This document shows, one piece after another, positions 29,023-38,865 of a stretch of 64,000 nt of DNA (positions within the stretch are counted from its first letter, which is position 1; each line of letters opens with the position of its first letter). The notes under the pieces were generated by a model. That model worked only from the letters and a program-made list of their open reading frames with translations. It was not told the origin of the DNA and made no database searches. Source of the stretch: an uncultured Collinsella sp. (GTDB lineage: Bacteria > Actinomycetota > Coriobacteriia > Coriobacteriales > Coriobacteriaceae); contig CALCKK010000039.1 of assembly GCA_937966215.1 (NCBI GenBank), positions 4,452-68,451 of the forward strand. Direction: 5' to 3'. The position numbers were made by a program, and so were the translations under genes.

Positions 29023-30446
29023 GGATCGGGGCGCGAGGTCGCGGGGGCATGCCGCTCTCCTTCGTCATCGCGCGCTACTTCGCCTGCGCGTTCGCGGCAG
29101 TCGCCACGGCGTGGCTCGCCTCGTTCATGATGCTCTCTGTGGCGATCAACGCGGGCTTCGTCTACGAGGCAAGCTGGGGGCCGGCCAATGCGCGCGAGGT
29201 CGCGGAGGGCCTGGCACGCGACGGCGTCTGCGGGCAGCAGGACGTGCCGACGGCGTACCGCTACCTCATCCTGAACAAGGACGGAAACGTGCTGATGACA
29301 GACCTCGAGAGCACGCGGCTCGAGGACGCGAAGGAAATGGCTCGTACGGCACTCGCCGCGGATCCGGGCACAGTGGAGATCGAGGGCGGGGGTTCGGGCG
29401 TTACCTACGCCGCGTTCCCGCTCAAAGGTGGCGGGGCCTGCGCGCTCGTCAGCGAGTATCTGCCGCAGTGGGTCTCGCGCGACCTCGCCGGCCTGCTTCC
29501 CAACCCGCAGAACCTCATGCTCGTCGGCGCCACGGCGGGAAGCGCACTTGCGCTTGCGCTCGTCGCGCGCCGCGCGAGCCGCGTGATCTCGCGCAAGATG
29601 GCGCCGCTCGCGGAGGCGGCGGGGCGCGTCGGCGCGGGGGAGCTCGACTTCGCGGTCGGCAGCACCAACGTGCGCGAGGTGAACGACGTCCTCGCCGCGA
29701 TGGACGCCATGCGGGCCTCCCTCGCCGAGTCGCTCGAGGCCCGCTGGGCCGCGGAGCGGGGGCAGCGCGAGCAGATGACGTCGCTCGCCCACGACCTCAA
29801 GACGCCGCTCACCGTGCTGCGCGCCAACGCCGACTTCGTAGCGGAGGAGCTGGAAGACGAGAAAGACGCCGACCTCGCGGCCGCCGCGCGCGACATAGCC
29901 GGCAGTGTCGAAAGGCTCGACGGCTACGTGCGCCTGCTCATCGAGGCCTCGCGCGGGTCCGGCGGGGCGGAGAGGGCCCCCATGCGGCCGGCCGAGCTTT
30001 GCGAGCAGGTCCTCGCCGAGGCCGCCCAGATCGCCCGGGCGCGAGGCGTGACGCTCGACGCGGCCACGGGCCCCGCTGTCGCGGGCGCGCCCGAGGCCGC
30101 GCTCGACCGAACCGCCCTGGCGCGAGCCGCCGCGAACCTCGTGGCCAACGCCGCCGAGCACGCACGCTCGCGCGTGGCTGTCTCCTGCGACGTCGCGGGC
30201 GGGCACCTCGTCATCGAGGTTGCCGACGACGGACCGGGCTTTTCTCCCGCCGCCCTCGAACGCGGCTGCGAGCGCCTCTTCACAGACGACTCCTCCCGCT
30301 CCTCGCGTGACGAAGGCCGCCACTACGGGCTCGGCCTCCACGTCGCCTCCGAGGCCGCGAGCGCCCACGGGGGATCCGTCTCGCTCGCCAACGGCCCCTC
30401 GGGCGGTGCGGTGGCCACCATCGCGGTCCCCCTGTGCGGGATCTGA
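29010..30446 (+). CDS. Sensor histidine kinase
   Basis: Two TM helices, a HAMP-like linker, H box SLAHDLKTPLT, N box NLVANAAEHA and G boxes DDGPGF / GLGLHV. Confidence 0.9.
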   Translation: MAALRIGARGRGGMPLSFVIARYFACAFAAVATAWLASFMMLSVAINAGFVYEASWGPANAREVAEGLARDGVCGQQDVPTAYRYLILNKDGNVLMTDLESTRLEDAKEMARTALAADPGTVEIEGGGSGVTYAAFPLKGGGACALVSEYLPQWVSRDLAGLLPNPQNLMLVGATAGSALALALVARRASRVISRKMAPLAEAAGRVGAGELDFAVGSTNVREVNDVLAAMDAMRASLAESLEARWAAERGQREQMTSLAHDLKTPLTVLRANADFVAEELEDEKDADLAAAARDIAGSVERLDGYVRLLIEASRGSGGAERAPMRPAELCEQVLAEAAQIARARGVTLDAATGPAVAGAPEAALDRTALARAAANLVANAAEHARSRVAVSCDVAGGHLVIEVADDGPGFSPAALERGCERLFTDDSSRSSRDEGRHYGLGLHVASEAASAHGGSVSLANGPSGGAVATIAVPLCGI

Positions 30447-31020
30447 CGATTTCCTCGATGTCTACCTCGACTGCGATATGTCGCTCGCCGAGGCCGCGAC
30501 GAGATGGTGTTGCGTCTGCCCCGTTTGGTGCTTCTAGCTCAAATTTGATCTGATGTAAGGCCCGTGCAATCCTGCATGGGCCTTACTTTTGGCAATTGCT
30601 CGACCGATTCGTGGCTTGAAACACAAATTATCGAGTTAAGGAGAAATGGGGTCATACAGCAGCTCTCAGAGCGCTTGCCGCACTCCCCCGCCATTACCTC
30701 TGCGGCGTCCTCGTATAGAGCCCATACCGTTTGGCATATCGTTGCAATCGCCCACTTGTCCACCGGTCAAGTGAACTACTGGAATAAATACAGCGACACG
30801 CTTGTCCGTTACAGTCGCTATATCTGTGTAAATCGCCGCGATAAATACAGCCTGTACTCGGCTGTATACCAACTACGCGTATGTAGATTCATATCGCGTT
30901 AATAAATCGGCTCAAGCGTGTGCAAAACGCGCAAGTAACCGCAAAAGGCGATTATCGCTCAGGTAGATTTTTGGCACCCCGTTGCTTAATCAAAATTAAG
31001 CAATTGCTTAAAACAAAAAA

Positions 31021-31043
31021 GGTCAGGCACTAGATGCCTGACC
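31021..31043 (-). terminator. Terminator downstream of tRNA-Pro
   Basis: ggtcaggca-ctaga-tgcctgacc is preceded on the plus strand by aaaaaa, which is a U-run on the minus strand. Confidence 0.65.
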
Positions 31044-31053
31044 TGCAAACTTC

Positions 31054-31130
<77 letters not shown>

Positions 31131-31210
31131 AAGCTTTTGTTTGTTGCTCTGCTCTCGCTCGCAACAGGGAGTATATTAACCCGAAACTTTAGACTTGTGC
31201 AAGAACTTTT

Positions 31211-32425
31211 TTATAAATTTTGAAGCAAGTCCAAAATTGTATCTGCGAGCTGGGGTTTTGTTAGAACGGGAAGTTCTTTCGTACCCGTTGTGCTCACAAT
31301 CCAGGCCTTGTTGGTATCGGTTCCAAAGCCCGAATCGGCGCGTGAGACATCGTTGGCGATAATGGCATCGCAGCCTTTGCGTGCCAATTTGCGCTCGGCG
31401 TACTTGACGACGTTATCGGTCTCGGCAGCAAATCCGATTACGAGGCGATCGCCCTTTTGGCGTGAGAGTTCGGCCAAGATGTCAACGGTCTCGACGAGCT
31501 CGATTCGATCCAGGCGCTCGTTGGCCTTTTTGAGCTTATGGTCCGCCGGGGCCGCCGGCGTGTAGTCGGCGACGGCGGCGGCGCAAATGGCAGCGTCGGC
31601 CGTCTGGAAGGCGCTCAGCGCCGCCTGCAGCATCTCTGCGGCGGTCTGCACGCTTACGCACGCCACGCCGCGGGGAACATCGAGCGATGTCGGTCCCAGC
31701 ACGAGCGTGACCTCGGCACCGCGGCGAGCGGCCTTCCCCGCCAGGGCGATGCCCATCTTGCCCGACGATCGGTTTCCAATAAAACGCACGGGGTCGATCG
31801 GTTCGTGCGTAGGACCGGCAGTGATGACGATGCGCTTGCCCGCCAGGTCTTGCGGCACGGGATTGAGCACCTCGCAGATGGCTTCGACGATGTCCTCGGG
31901 CTCGCTCATGCGCCCCGTGTCCACGTCGCCGCAAGCAAGGTAGCCACTACCGGGCCCAACCACGTGCACCCCGCGGTCGCGCAGCGTGGCCATATTGGCC
32001 TGGGTTGCCGGCGCCTTCCACATGCCATTGTTCATGGCCGGCGCGATCACAATGGGTCGCGGCGTGGCGAGTAGCGTCGTAGAAATCAGGTCATCGGCAA
32101 TGCCGTTGGCCATCTTGGCGATGATATTGGCCGTCGCGGGCGCCACGGCCACCAGATCGGGCTCCTGCGCCAGCGAAATGTGGTGGATGGGGTCGGAAGG
32201 ATCGTCGAATAGCCCAACCGCGACCGGCTCGTTGGTGAGCGCGCGGAAGGTAAGCGGCCCCACAAACTCCGTGGCATGCTCGCTCATAACGACTTTGACA
32301 CGTGCGCCGCGCTTTTGCAGCAGGCGCACGATATTGCACGACTTATAGGCGGCGATCCCGCCGGTAATGCCCAGCAGGATCGTTTTTCCCTCAAGTTGCA
32401 TTGAATTGTTGGATGCCGCCGTCAT
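31211..32425 (-). CDS. coaBC: Bifunctional phosphopantothenoylcysteine decarboxylase / phosphopantothenate-cysteine ligase
   Basis: Flavoprotein N-domain (LGITGGIAAYKS, PAMN) and CoaB C-domain (GNRSSGKMG, AAVADY). Confidence 0.95.
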   Translation of the reverse strand: MTAASNNSMQLEGKTILLGITGGIAAYKSCNIVRLLQKRGARVKVVMSEHATEFVGPLTFRALTNEPVAVGLFDDPSDPIHHISLAQEPDLVAVAPATANIIAKMANGIADDLISTTLLATPRPIVIAPAMNNGMWKAPATQANMATLRDRGVHVVGPGSGYLACGDVDTGRMSEPEDIVEAICEVLNPVPQDLAGKRIVITAGPTHEPIDPVRFIGNRSSGKMGIALAGKAARRGAEVTLVLGPTSLDVPRGVACVSVQTAAEMLQAALSAFQTADAAICAAAVADYTPAAPADHKLKKANERLDRIELVETVDILAELSRQKGDRLVIGFAAETDNVVKYAERKLARKGCDAIIANDVSRADSGFGTDTNKAWIVSTTGTKELPVLTKPQLADTILDLLQNL

Positions 32426-32427
32426 CG

Positions 32428-33147
32428 CTAGGCTTCCTTACTCGGGAGCACCAGGAGGCGGTGGCAGTACGGACAGTGCGTAATCTCGCTACCGTCGTGG
32501 TTGAGGTCGCTCATGGACGATGCCTGCAGCGCGGTGTGGCAGACCGTGGGGATGTTGCCCTGGATGGTCTCGACGGCCAAGCCGCGGAACTGCTTGAGCA
32601 GACGCTCGTAGTCGCTGAGCACGTCGGTGGGCAGCGTAGCGGCCAGCGCGGTGCGCTCCTTGGTGGCGGCATCGATCTGGGCCTGGAGGTCGGCTGCCTT
32701 GGCGCGGGCGGCCTTGGTGTCGGCCTTCACGCCCTCCTCGAACTTGGCGATGATTGCCTGTGCGCGAGCCTCGCGGTCGAGCGCCTCCTTGTGGGCGACT
32801 ACGACGTCCTTGCGGGTGTGCTCGATCTTGTCCAGGCGCTTGGCCAGGGTGGCGAGCTCGTTCTCCAGGTCCTGAACCTCGCGATAGTCAGAGCCGTCGA
32901 CGTGGCGCTTCTTAGCGGCCTCAATGGCGTTATTGGTCTGGATCTCGGTGGTGTTGAGATCGTCGAGCTCAATATCCAGGTCCTTGCGCTGAGCGTAGAG
33001 CTTGGTCATTTCGGCCTTGAGCTTTACATAGGTCTTGCGCTTGGAAGCGAGCTCCTTGAGCTCCGGCATATTGGCAAGTTCGCTCTTGTTGCGGGCGAGC
33101 TCCAAATCGATCTGTTGCAGCTTGAGTAGCGTAGCGCCGGCGCTCAT
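32428..33147 (-). CDS. Coiled-coil C4 zinc-ribbon protein (COG1579-like)
   Basis: Long coiled coil and a C-terminal CHTALQ...CPYCHRLL zinc ribbon. The ATG at 33147 forms an ATGA overlap with the Nif3 stop and follows aaggagag. Confidence 0.75.
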   Translation of the reverse strand: MSAGATLLKLQQIDLELARNKSELANMPELKELASKRKTYVKLKAEMTKLYAQRKDLDIELDDLNTTEIQTNNAIEAAKKRHVDGSDYREVQDLENELATLAKRLDKIEHTRKDVVVAHKEALDREARAQAIIAKFEEGVKADTKAARAKAADLQAQIDAATKERTALAATLPTDVLSDYERLLKQFRGLAVETIQGNIPTVCHTALQASSMSDLNHDGSEITHCPYCHRLLVLPSKEA

Positions 33148-33953
33148 AAGTTCTCTCCTTTTGTCACAGTCCACCATTGGCAAGGGTTCAGTATTTTAAT
33201 CGCATGACGGGGGTCGACCCCGGCGTCAACTGCAGAGTTCATCAATATATCAACGAACGGCTCCTCGGAGCGGTCGTGGCCGAGCAAGATCACCGACAGC
33301 CCGCGCAAGGCAAGGTCTTGCGCCACGTGGTAGCCCGCCTCGCCCGTCACGACAACATCTGCGCCCGCGGCGATGGCGAGCTCTCCGAAGTCGCCCAGGG
33401 AGCCGCCCAAAATGGCGACGGTGCGGCACGGGCGATCAGCTTTGCCCCACACACGCGGGTCGCTGCCAAAGGCCGTGGCAGCACGGGTGGCAAGATCGCG
33501 CAGCGTGCACGGGTCGTTGAGCGTTGCAAGTGCGCCCAGGCCGGTGGCCTCGGGGTCGTCCACGTGCTCCAGTGAGCTCACGGGTGCGGCACCCAGCAGC
33601 TTGCTCAGGCAGACACGGGCTTCGTGCGAGCGGTCCAGGTTGGTGTGGAGCGAGATAATGCTCACCCCGCAGCGGGCAGCCTCGTAGAGGGCCGCACTGC
33701 ACTGGGGTCGTGTGGCATCCGCCGGACAAAAGGCCTCGGGTGCCTTGATGTATATGGGATGATGCGTCAGCAGCACGTTGGCGCTTGCTTCTTGGGCGCG
33801 GCGAACATTAGCCTCAGTCGCATCGAGTGCGCAGGCAACGCCGGTGATCTCCGCGGCCGGATCGCCAACGGAGAGTCCTACGTGGTCCCAGGGCTCGGTG
33901 TCCGTCTTGGGATAGCGTGCCAGTAGCGCGCGCTCGAGCTCGGCGACGATCAT
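33144..33953 (-). CDS. Nif3-like dinuclear metal centre protein
   Basis: LLTHHPIYIKAP, SLHTNLD and C-terminal VVVTGEAGYH...LLGHDRSE match NIF3 family metal ligands. Confidence 0.85.
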   Translation of the reverse strand: MIVAELERALLARYPKTDTEPWDHVGLSVGDPAAEITGVACALDATEANVRRAQEASANVLLTHHPIYIKAPEAFCPADATRPQCSAALYEAARCGVSIISLHTNLDRSHEARVCLSKLLGAAPVSSLEHVDDPEATGLGALATLNDPCTLRDLATRAATAFGSDPRVWGKADRPCRTVAILGGSLGDFGELAIAAGADVVVTGEAGYHVAQDLALRGLSVILLGHDRSEEPFVDILMNSAVDAGVDPRHAIKILNPCQWWTVTKGENL

Positions 33954-35128
33954 GCGGCACCTGCGATCGAGAGCAGCGTCTGGGCAAACTCGTCCAGATC
34001 GTCCGGATTCACGCGGTCGTCAAAGGAAATGCGCAGTGCACCTAGTGCCTGCTCGCGACCAATGCCCATGGCGCTGAGCACATGGCTCGGGTCCATGCTG
34101 CCGCTCGAGCACGCCGAGCCGGCCGAAACCTCAAAGCCGGCGGCGTCGAGCTTGATGATGAGCTCCTCGGAGTCCATGCCGTCAATGTAGATCGATAACA
34201 TGCCGGGCAGACGGTCGGCTTGCGCGTAGTCACCCATGGTGGCGTGAATGCGCGGATGGGCCGTAAGCGTGGCGTAGAGCTTGTCGGAAAGGGCTTGCAG
34301 CTTCGCGCGCTCCTGAGCCACATGGGGCGTCAGAGACGAGGCGGCAGCGGCAAAGGCGAGCTGCGTGCGCAGGTCTTGCGTGCCGGCACGACGACCGGCC
34401 TCCTGTCCGCCGCCGAAGATGCGCGGGCGCAGCGGCGTGCGGCTCTTAAGGTAGAGTGCGCCAGATGCCACGGGACCGCCAATCTTGTGGGCTGCGACGG
34501 ACATGGCGTCGACGCCCAGCTCGGTGACATCGAGTGGAATATGCAAGTAGCCCTGGATGGCATCGGTGTGGAACAGGGCACCTGCGGTGTGCGCAGCTGC
34601 GGCAAGCTCGCGGATGGGCTGCACCACGCCGGTTTCGTTGTTGGCGACCATAATGCTCACGAGCGCCACGTCGTCGCCTAGCAGCTCGACAAGCGTGGCA
34701 GGCTCAACGTAGCCCGCGCGGCAGGGCTGCACCAGGTCGACGGTAAAGCCGGCGGCACGCAGCAGCGGCAGGTTGTCCAGAATCGAATCGTGCTCGATGG
34801 CCGAAACGATTACGCGACCGCGCTTGCGATCGCGCTGACGAGCGCCCTCGGCAAGACCGAGCAGCGCCAGCTGGTTGGCTTCGGTGCCGCCGTTGGTCAG
34901 TACAATCTCGGACGGGCGGACGTGCGCGCCAAAGCTGCGGGCGATCTCGCGACGTGCAACCTCCAGACGCGCGGCAGCCTTGCGGCCGAGCGAATGCAGC
35001 GAGTTGGGGTTGACGCCGGCAAGCTCGCTGTCGTCGTACTCGCGCTGCGCAAGGAGCGCCTCGGCGCGCATTGGCGTCGAGGCGGCATAGTCAAGATTCA
35101 CGGGTATGCGGTTTTGACCTGCGGTCAT
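33950..35128 (-). CDS. Cysteine desulfurase (class V aminotransferase, NifS/IscS-like)
   Basis: PLP lysine context SVAAHKIGGP and active-site Cys GSACSSG. Confidence 0.9.
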   Translation of the reverse strand: MTAGQNRIPVNLDYAASTPMRAEALLAQREYDDSELAGVNPNSLHSLGRKAAARLEVARREIARSFGAHVRPSEIVLTNGGTEANQLALLGLAEGARQRDRKRGRVIVSAIEHDSILDNLPLLRAAGFTVDLVQPCRAGYVEPATLVELLGDDVALVSIMVANNETGVVQPIRELAAAAHTAGALFHTDAIQGYLHIPLDVTELGVDAMSVAAHKIGGPVASGALYLKSRTPLRPRIFGGGQEAGRRAGTQDLRTQLAFAAAASSLTPHVAQERAKLQALSDKLYATLTAHPRIHATMGDYAQADRLPGMLSIYIDGMDSEELIIKLDAAGFEVSAGSACSSGSMDPSHVLSAMGIGREQALGALRISFDDRVNPDDLDEFAQTLLSIAGAA

Positions 35129-35134
35129 AAGGGT

Positions 35135-35806
35135 TTATGCCTCCTGTGCGGCCTCGTTGCCCAGCTTCTGCAGCAGCGCAACCTCGGCAGCGGGATCTTC
35201 GGACTTAAATACGGCGGAGCCGGCCACGAGCACGTTGGCGCCGGCCTTGACGACCTCGGCGATGTTCTTGGAAGAGATACCGCCGTCGACCTCGATCAGG
35301 GGCGACACGCCGTGGCGCTCGCACATGGCCTTGAGCTCGTGAAGCTTTGCGATGGTGCCCGGGATAAAGCTCTGGCCGCCAAAGCCCGGGTTCACGCTCA
35401 TGAGCAGCACCATATCGACGACGTCGATGATGCTCTCGAGCACGCACACGGGGGTGGCGGGGTTGAGCACCACGCCGGCCTTGACGCCGCGCTGCTGCAG
35501 ATGCGTGAGCGTGCGGTGCAGGTGCGTGGAAGCCTCGTAGTGCACGGTGATCATGTCGGCACCGGCGTCGGCGTACCAATCGACCGTCTCGTCGGGGTTC
35601 GTCACCATGAGGTGCGCGTCGACCGGTACATCGGTGGAGCGCTTGACGGCCTTAAGGATGTCAACGCCAAAGGTGAGGTTGCCGGTAAAGTGACCGTCCA
35701 TAACGTCGAAGTGCACGTAGTCGGCACCGGCGATCTTGTCGAGTTCGCCCTTGAGGTTGGCCATGTCGGCCGAAAGGACAGACGGAGCGATTTTGATGGA
35801 ACCCAT
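35135..35806 (-). CDS. rpe: Ribulose-phosphate 3-epimerase
   Basis: APSVLSADMANL, HFDVMDGHF and MSVNPGFGGQSF. Confidence 0.95.
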   Translation of the reverse strand: MGSIKIAPSVLSADMANLKGELDKIAGADYVHFDVMDGHFTGNLTFGVDILKAVKRSTDVPVDAHLMVTNPDETVDWYADAGADMITVHYEASTHLHRTLTHLQQRGVKAGVVLNPATPVCVLESIIDVVDMVLLMSVNPGFGGQSFIPGTIAKLHELKAMCERHGVSPLIEVDGGISSKNIAEVVKAGANVLVAGSAVFKSEDPAAEVALLQKLGNEAAQEA

Positions 35807-35824
35807 GGTAGAAGCCTTTCTGCG

Positions 35825-36832
35825 CTAGTCGGTGAGTCCGTAGAACTCTTGAGAGGGGACGCGATCGGTAAGAATCTCGAGCGCCCTATCCAAAGTAACA
35901 CCGTTGTAGAGCGTTTGCTCCACGGCAAAGGTGAGCGGAATGTCTACGCCCAGTGAACGGGCAAGCTCACTGACGCTGCGGGCCGCGACGGCGCCCTCGA
36001 CCACCATATGCGTACGTGCCTGGTACTCGTCGAGCGAGACGCCGTGGGCAAACTCGTAGCCAAAGGTGCGGTTGCGCGAATGCTCGGAGGTGCAGGTGGC
36101 AATGAGGTCACCCATGCCGGCGAGCCCCATGCAGGTCATGGCTTGACCGCCGCGGGCGTGCACCAGTCGGCTGATCTCGGCCAGGCCGCGCGTCATGATG
36201 AGGGCAAGCGTATTGTCACCCGCGCCCGAGCCGGCGGAGATGCCGCACACGATGGCGATGACGTTTTTCATGGCGCCGCAAACCTCGACGCCGGTCATGT
36301 CCTGCGACAGGTAGATGCGGAAGGCCGTGGATAGGAGCAGGTCCTTAAAGGTCTCCCCTACCTGCGGATCTTTGCTGGCGATGACGGCGGCAGAAAGCCC
36401 GCCGCGGCAGATCTCCTCGGCATGGTTGGGGCCCGAGAGCGCCGCGACACGCGACTCTTTGCCGATCTCACTGGCGATGACCTCGCTCATAAGCAGGCCG
36501 GATTCAGGCTCAATGCCCTTGGTGAGGCAGAGCACCGGGGTATCGGAGCCGATAAAGGGCGCGGCCTGGTGACACACGTCGCGCAGGTGCGTGGAAGGCA
36601 CGGCAAAGATTAGCGCATCGGCACCGTCGAGCGCTCGGGCGAGCTCGGTCGTTGCTACCACGTTGTCCGGCAGCTCGTATCCCACCAGATAGCGCGGGTT
36701 GCGGTGCTCGCCGTTAATGCCGGCGGCCGTCTGCTCGCTGTGGGCCCACATGGTCACGCGCTCGGCTCGCGCGGCGGCAAGGCCGGCGACGGCGGTTCCC
36801 CAGGAGCCGGAGCCAATCAGCGCAACATTCAT
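35825..36832 (-). CDS. gpsA: NAD(P)H-dependent glycerol-3-phosphate dehydrogenase
   Basis: LIGSGSWGTAVA Rossmann motif, KGIE and a GpsA-type C-terminal domain. Confidence 0.95.
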   Translation of the reverse strand: MNVALIGSGSWGTAVAGLAAARAERVTMWAHSEQTAAGINGEHRNPRYLVGYELPDNVVATTELARALDGADALIFAVPSTHLRDVCHQAAPFIGSDTPVLCLTKGIEPESGLLMSEVIASEIGKESRVAALSGPNHAEEICRGGLSAAVIASKDPQVGETFKDLLLSTAFRIYLSQDMTGVEVCGAMKNVIAIVCGISAGSGAGDNTLALIMTRGLAEISRLVHARGGQAMTCMGLAGMGDLIATCTSEHSRNRTFGYEFAHGVSLDEYQARTHMVVEGAVAARSVSELARSLGVDIPLTFAVEQTLYNGVTLDRALEILTDRVPSQEFYGLTD

Positions 36833-36841
36833 GACTCTCTC

Positions 36842-37525
36842 CTACTTATCGTCGGGCTCGGTGACGCGCTTGGTAAACGAGAGCTTGGACTCCTTACCGG
36901 CCATGAGCTTTTGGATATTCGAGCGATGGGCCCACACCACGGTGATGCCGATCATCGCCATGCATAACTTGAGGCCCAGGCTGCTGTACGGAAAGACCGC
37001 GCAAGCAGCGATAGGAAGTCCGATGGCCGCGGCAAGCGAACCCACTGACACATACTTGGTGATGGCGACGGCCACGATAAACATGCCCAGCAGCGACAGG
37101 CCAATAGGCCAGTACCAGGCGAGGATCACGCCCAGACCAACGGCGATACCCTTGCCGCCATGGAAGTTGAGGTAGGGCGAGAAGATATGGCCCCATACAG
37201 CTGCCAGGCAAATGACGCCGAGCATCCAGTCGCCGGGGGCTCCAGGCGCCATGATGCTCGGCGGAAAACCATAGCCAAAGTCGGCGATGAGCGGACGGGC
37301 GATAAGGACGCAGATGGCGCCCTTAAGGCAGTCGAGCAGCAGCGTGAGTGCGGCCACCTTGGGGCCGGCCACGCGCAGCGCGTTGGTGGTGCCGATGTTG
37401 CCGGAGCCCGCCTTGCGAATGTCCGTGTGGTTGAACACACGGCCCAAGATCAGGCCAAACGGAATCGCCCCGATAAAGAACGAGACCACGGCGCAGATGG
37501 AGGTCAGCAGAATCGGATTATGCAT
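36842..37525 (-). CDS. plsY: Glycerol-3-phosphate acyltransferase PlsY
   Basis: FIGAIPFGLILG, GSGNIGTTNALR and FHGGKG. Start at Met17 of the tracked ORF (ATG 37525). Confidence 0.93.
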   Translation of the reverse strand: MHNPILLTSICAVVSFFIGAIPFGLILGRVFNHTDIRKAGSGNIGTTNALRVAGPKVAALTLLLDCLKGAICVLIARPLIADFGYGFPPSIMAPGAPGDWMLGVICLAAVWGHIFSPYLNFHGGKGIAVGLGVILAWYWPIGLSLLGMFIVAVAITKYVSVGSLAAAIGLPIAACAVFPYSSLGLKLCMAMIGITVVWAHRSNIQKLMAGKESKLSFTKRVTEPDDK

Positions 37526-38855
37526 CCTTCTGTTCCTTCTTCCTAAAGAAGAGTCGAATGGGCGTGCCGGCAAAGTCGAAGGTCGAGCGCATGCGGTTCT
37601 CTACATAGCGCTGGTAGGTGTCGTTGACCAGGTCGCTGTGGTTGACGAAAAACGTGAACGTCGGCGGGTTGACGCCCGTCTGGGTCACGTAGTGCATGCG
37701 CAGGCGGCGCTTGCCGTCCACCACGGTGTGGCCGAACTCGCGCAGGTCGGTGAGGAAGGTGTTGAGGCGCGAGGTAGTGATCTTTTGCGAGCGCGTCTTT
37801 TCGGCGGCGTCGACCATTGCCCAGATCTTCTCCACGCTGCGGCCGGTCAGGGCCGAGATGCGCAGATACTGGGCCCAGGGAGCCATGACGCCCAGACGGC
37901 GGTCGACGGTCTCCATGCAGGCCTCGCGCTTGCGGTCGTCGTCGAGCAGGTCCCACTTGTTGAGCAGCACAACGATGGCGCAGCCGCGCTCGATGGCCAA
38001 GCCCATGACCTTTTGGTCCTGCTCGGTGACGCCCACGGAGGCGTCGACGACGAGTAGCGCCACGTCGGCGCGGTCGATGGCGCGCAGGCCACGGACCATG
38101 GAGTAGTACTCGATGTTTTCGTACACGGTGCTCTTCTTACGGATGCCCGCGGTATCGACCATGCGGTAGTGCTTGCCGTTGCGCTCGACGACCGTGTCGA
38201 TGGCGTCGCGCGTTGTGCCGGCGATGTTCGAGACGATGGAGCGGTCGGCGCCCAGGATGCGGTTGAACAGCGAGGACTTACCGGCGTTGGGGCGGCCGAT
38301 GATGGCCACGTTCAGCGCATCGGGGAACTCGTCGGCGACCTCGTCCTCTTCTTCCTCGGGAAGCAGGGCCACGATATCGTCGAGCAGGTCGCCCGTGCCA
38401 TGGCCATGCAGGGCCGAGAGCGGCGTGGGCTCGCCGATACCGAGCGAATAGAACTCCCAGATGCTGTCGTTTTCGCGATCGGGGTTGTCGAGCTTGTTCA
38501 CCAGCAGAAAGACCGGCTTGTCGCAGCGCTTGAGCATGCGGGCGACCGACTCGTCCTCCTCGGTGACGCCGGTGCGGCCATCGACTACAAACAGGATGAC
38601 TGCGGCTTCCTCGGCGGCGGCGAGCGCCTGGTCGCGGATGGACGTGGCAAAGACGTCGTCGCTCTTGAGCGGCTCGATACCGCCCGTGTCGACGATGGTG
38701 AACTCGCGGCCGTTCCAATCGGCCGTGTGATACGAGCGGTCGCGCGTGACGCCGCGAGACTCGTGGACGATGGCGTCCGAGGTCTGGGCCAGGCGGTTAA
38801 CGAGCGTGGATTTGCCCACGTTGGGGCGTCCGACGACGGCGACGATAGGTTTCAT
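37518..38855 (-). CDS. der: Ribosome-biogenesis GTPase Der (EngA)
   Basis: Two G domains (GRPNVGKSTLVNRL and GRPNAGKSSLFNRI) plus a KH-like C-terminus. The ATG at 38855 follows aaaggagag. Confidence 0.95.
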   Translation of the reverse strand: MKPIVAVVGRPNVGKSTLVNRLAQTSDAIVHESRGVTRDRSYHTADWNGREFTIVDTGGIEPLKSDDVFATSIRDQALAAAEEAAVILFVVDGRTGVTEEDESVARMLKRCDKPVFLLVNKLDNPDRENDSIWEFYSLGIGEPTPLSALHGHGTGDLLDDIVALLPEEEEDEVADEFPDALNVAIIGRPNAGKSSLFNRILGADRSIVSNIAGTTRDAIDTVVERNGKHYRMVDTAGIRKKSTVYENIEYYSMVRGLRAIDRADVALLVVDASVGVTEQDQKVMGLAIERGCAIVVLLNKWDLLDDDRKREACMETVDRRLGVMAPWAQYLRISALTGRSVEKIWAMVDAAEKTRSQKITTSRLNTFLTDLREFGHTVVDGKRRLRMHYVTQTGVNPPTFTFFVNHSDLVNDTYQRYVENRMRSTFDFAGTPIRLFFRKKEQKDA

Positions 38856-38865
38856 CTGCTCTCCT

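Noticed and set aside
30539-30902. Overlapping 112-aa (+) and 74-aa (-) ORFs in the AT-rich gap after the histidine kinase.
   Set aside because: They have no motifs and no RBS, and they overlap each other on opposite strands. The region looks like degraded or non-coding junction DNA. Only the 16-bp palindrome at 30996-31011 stands out, and it is noted under the GC-rich module finding.
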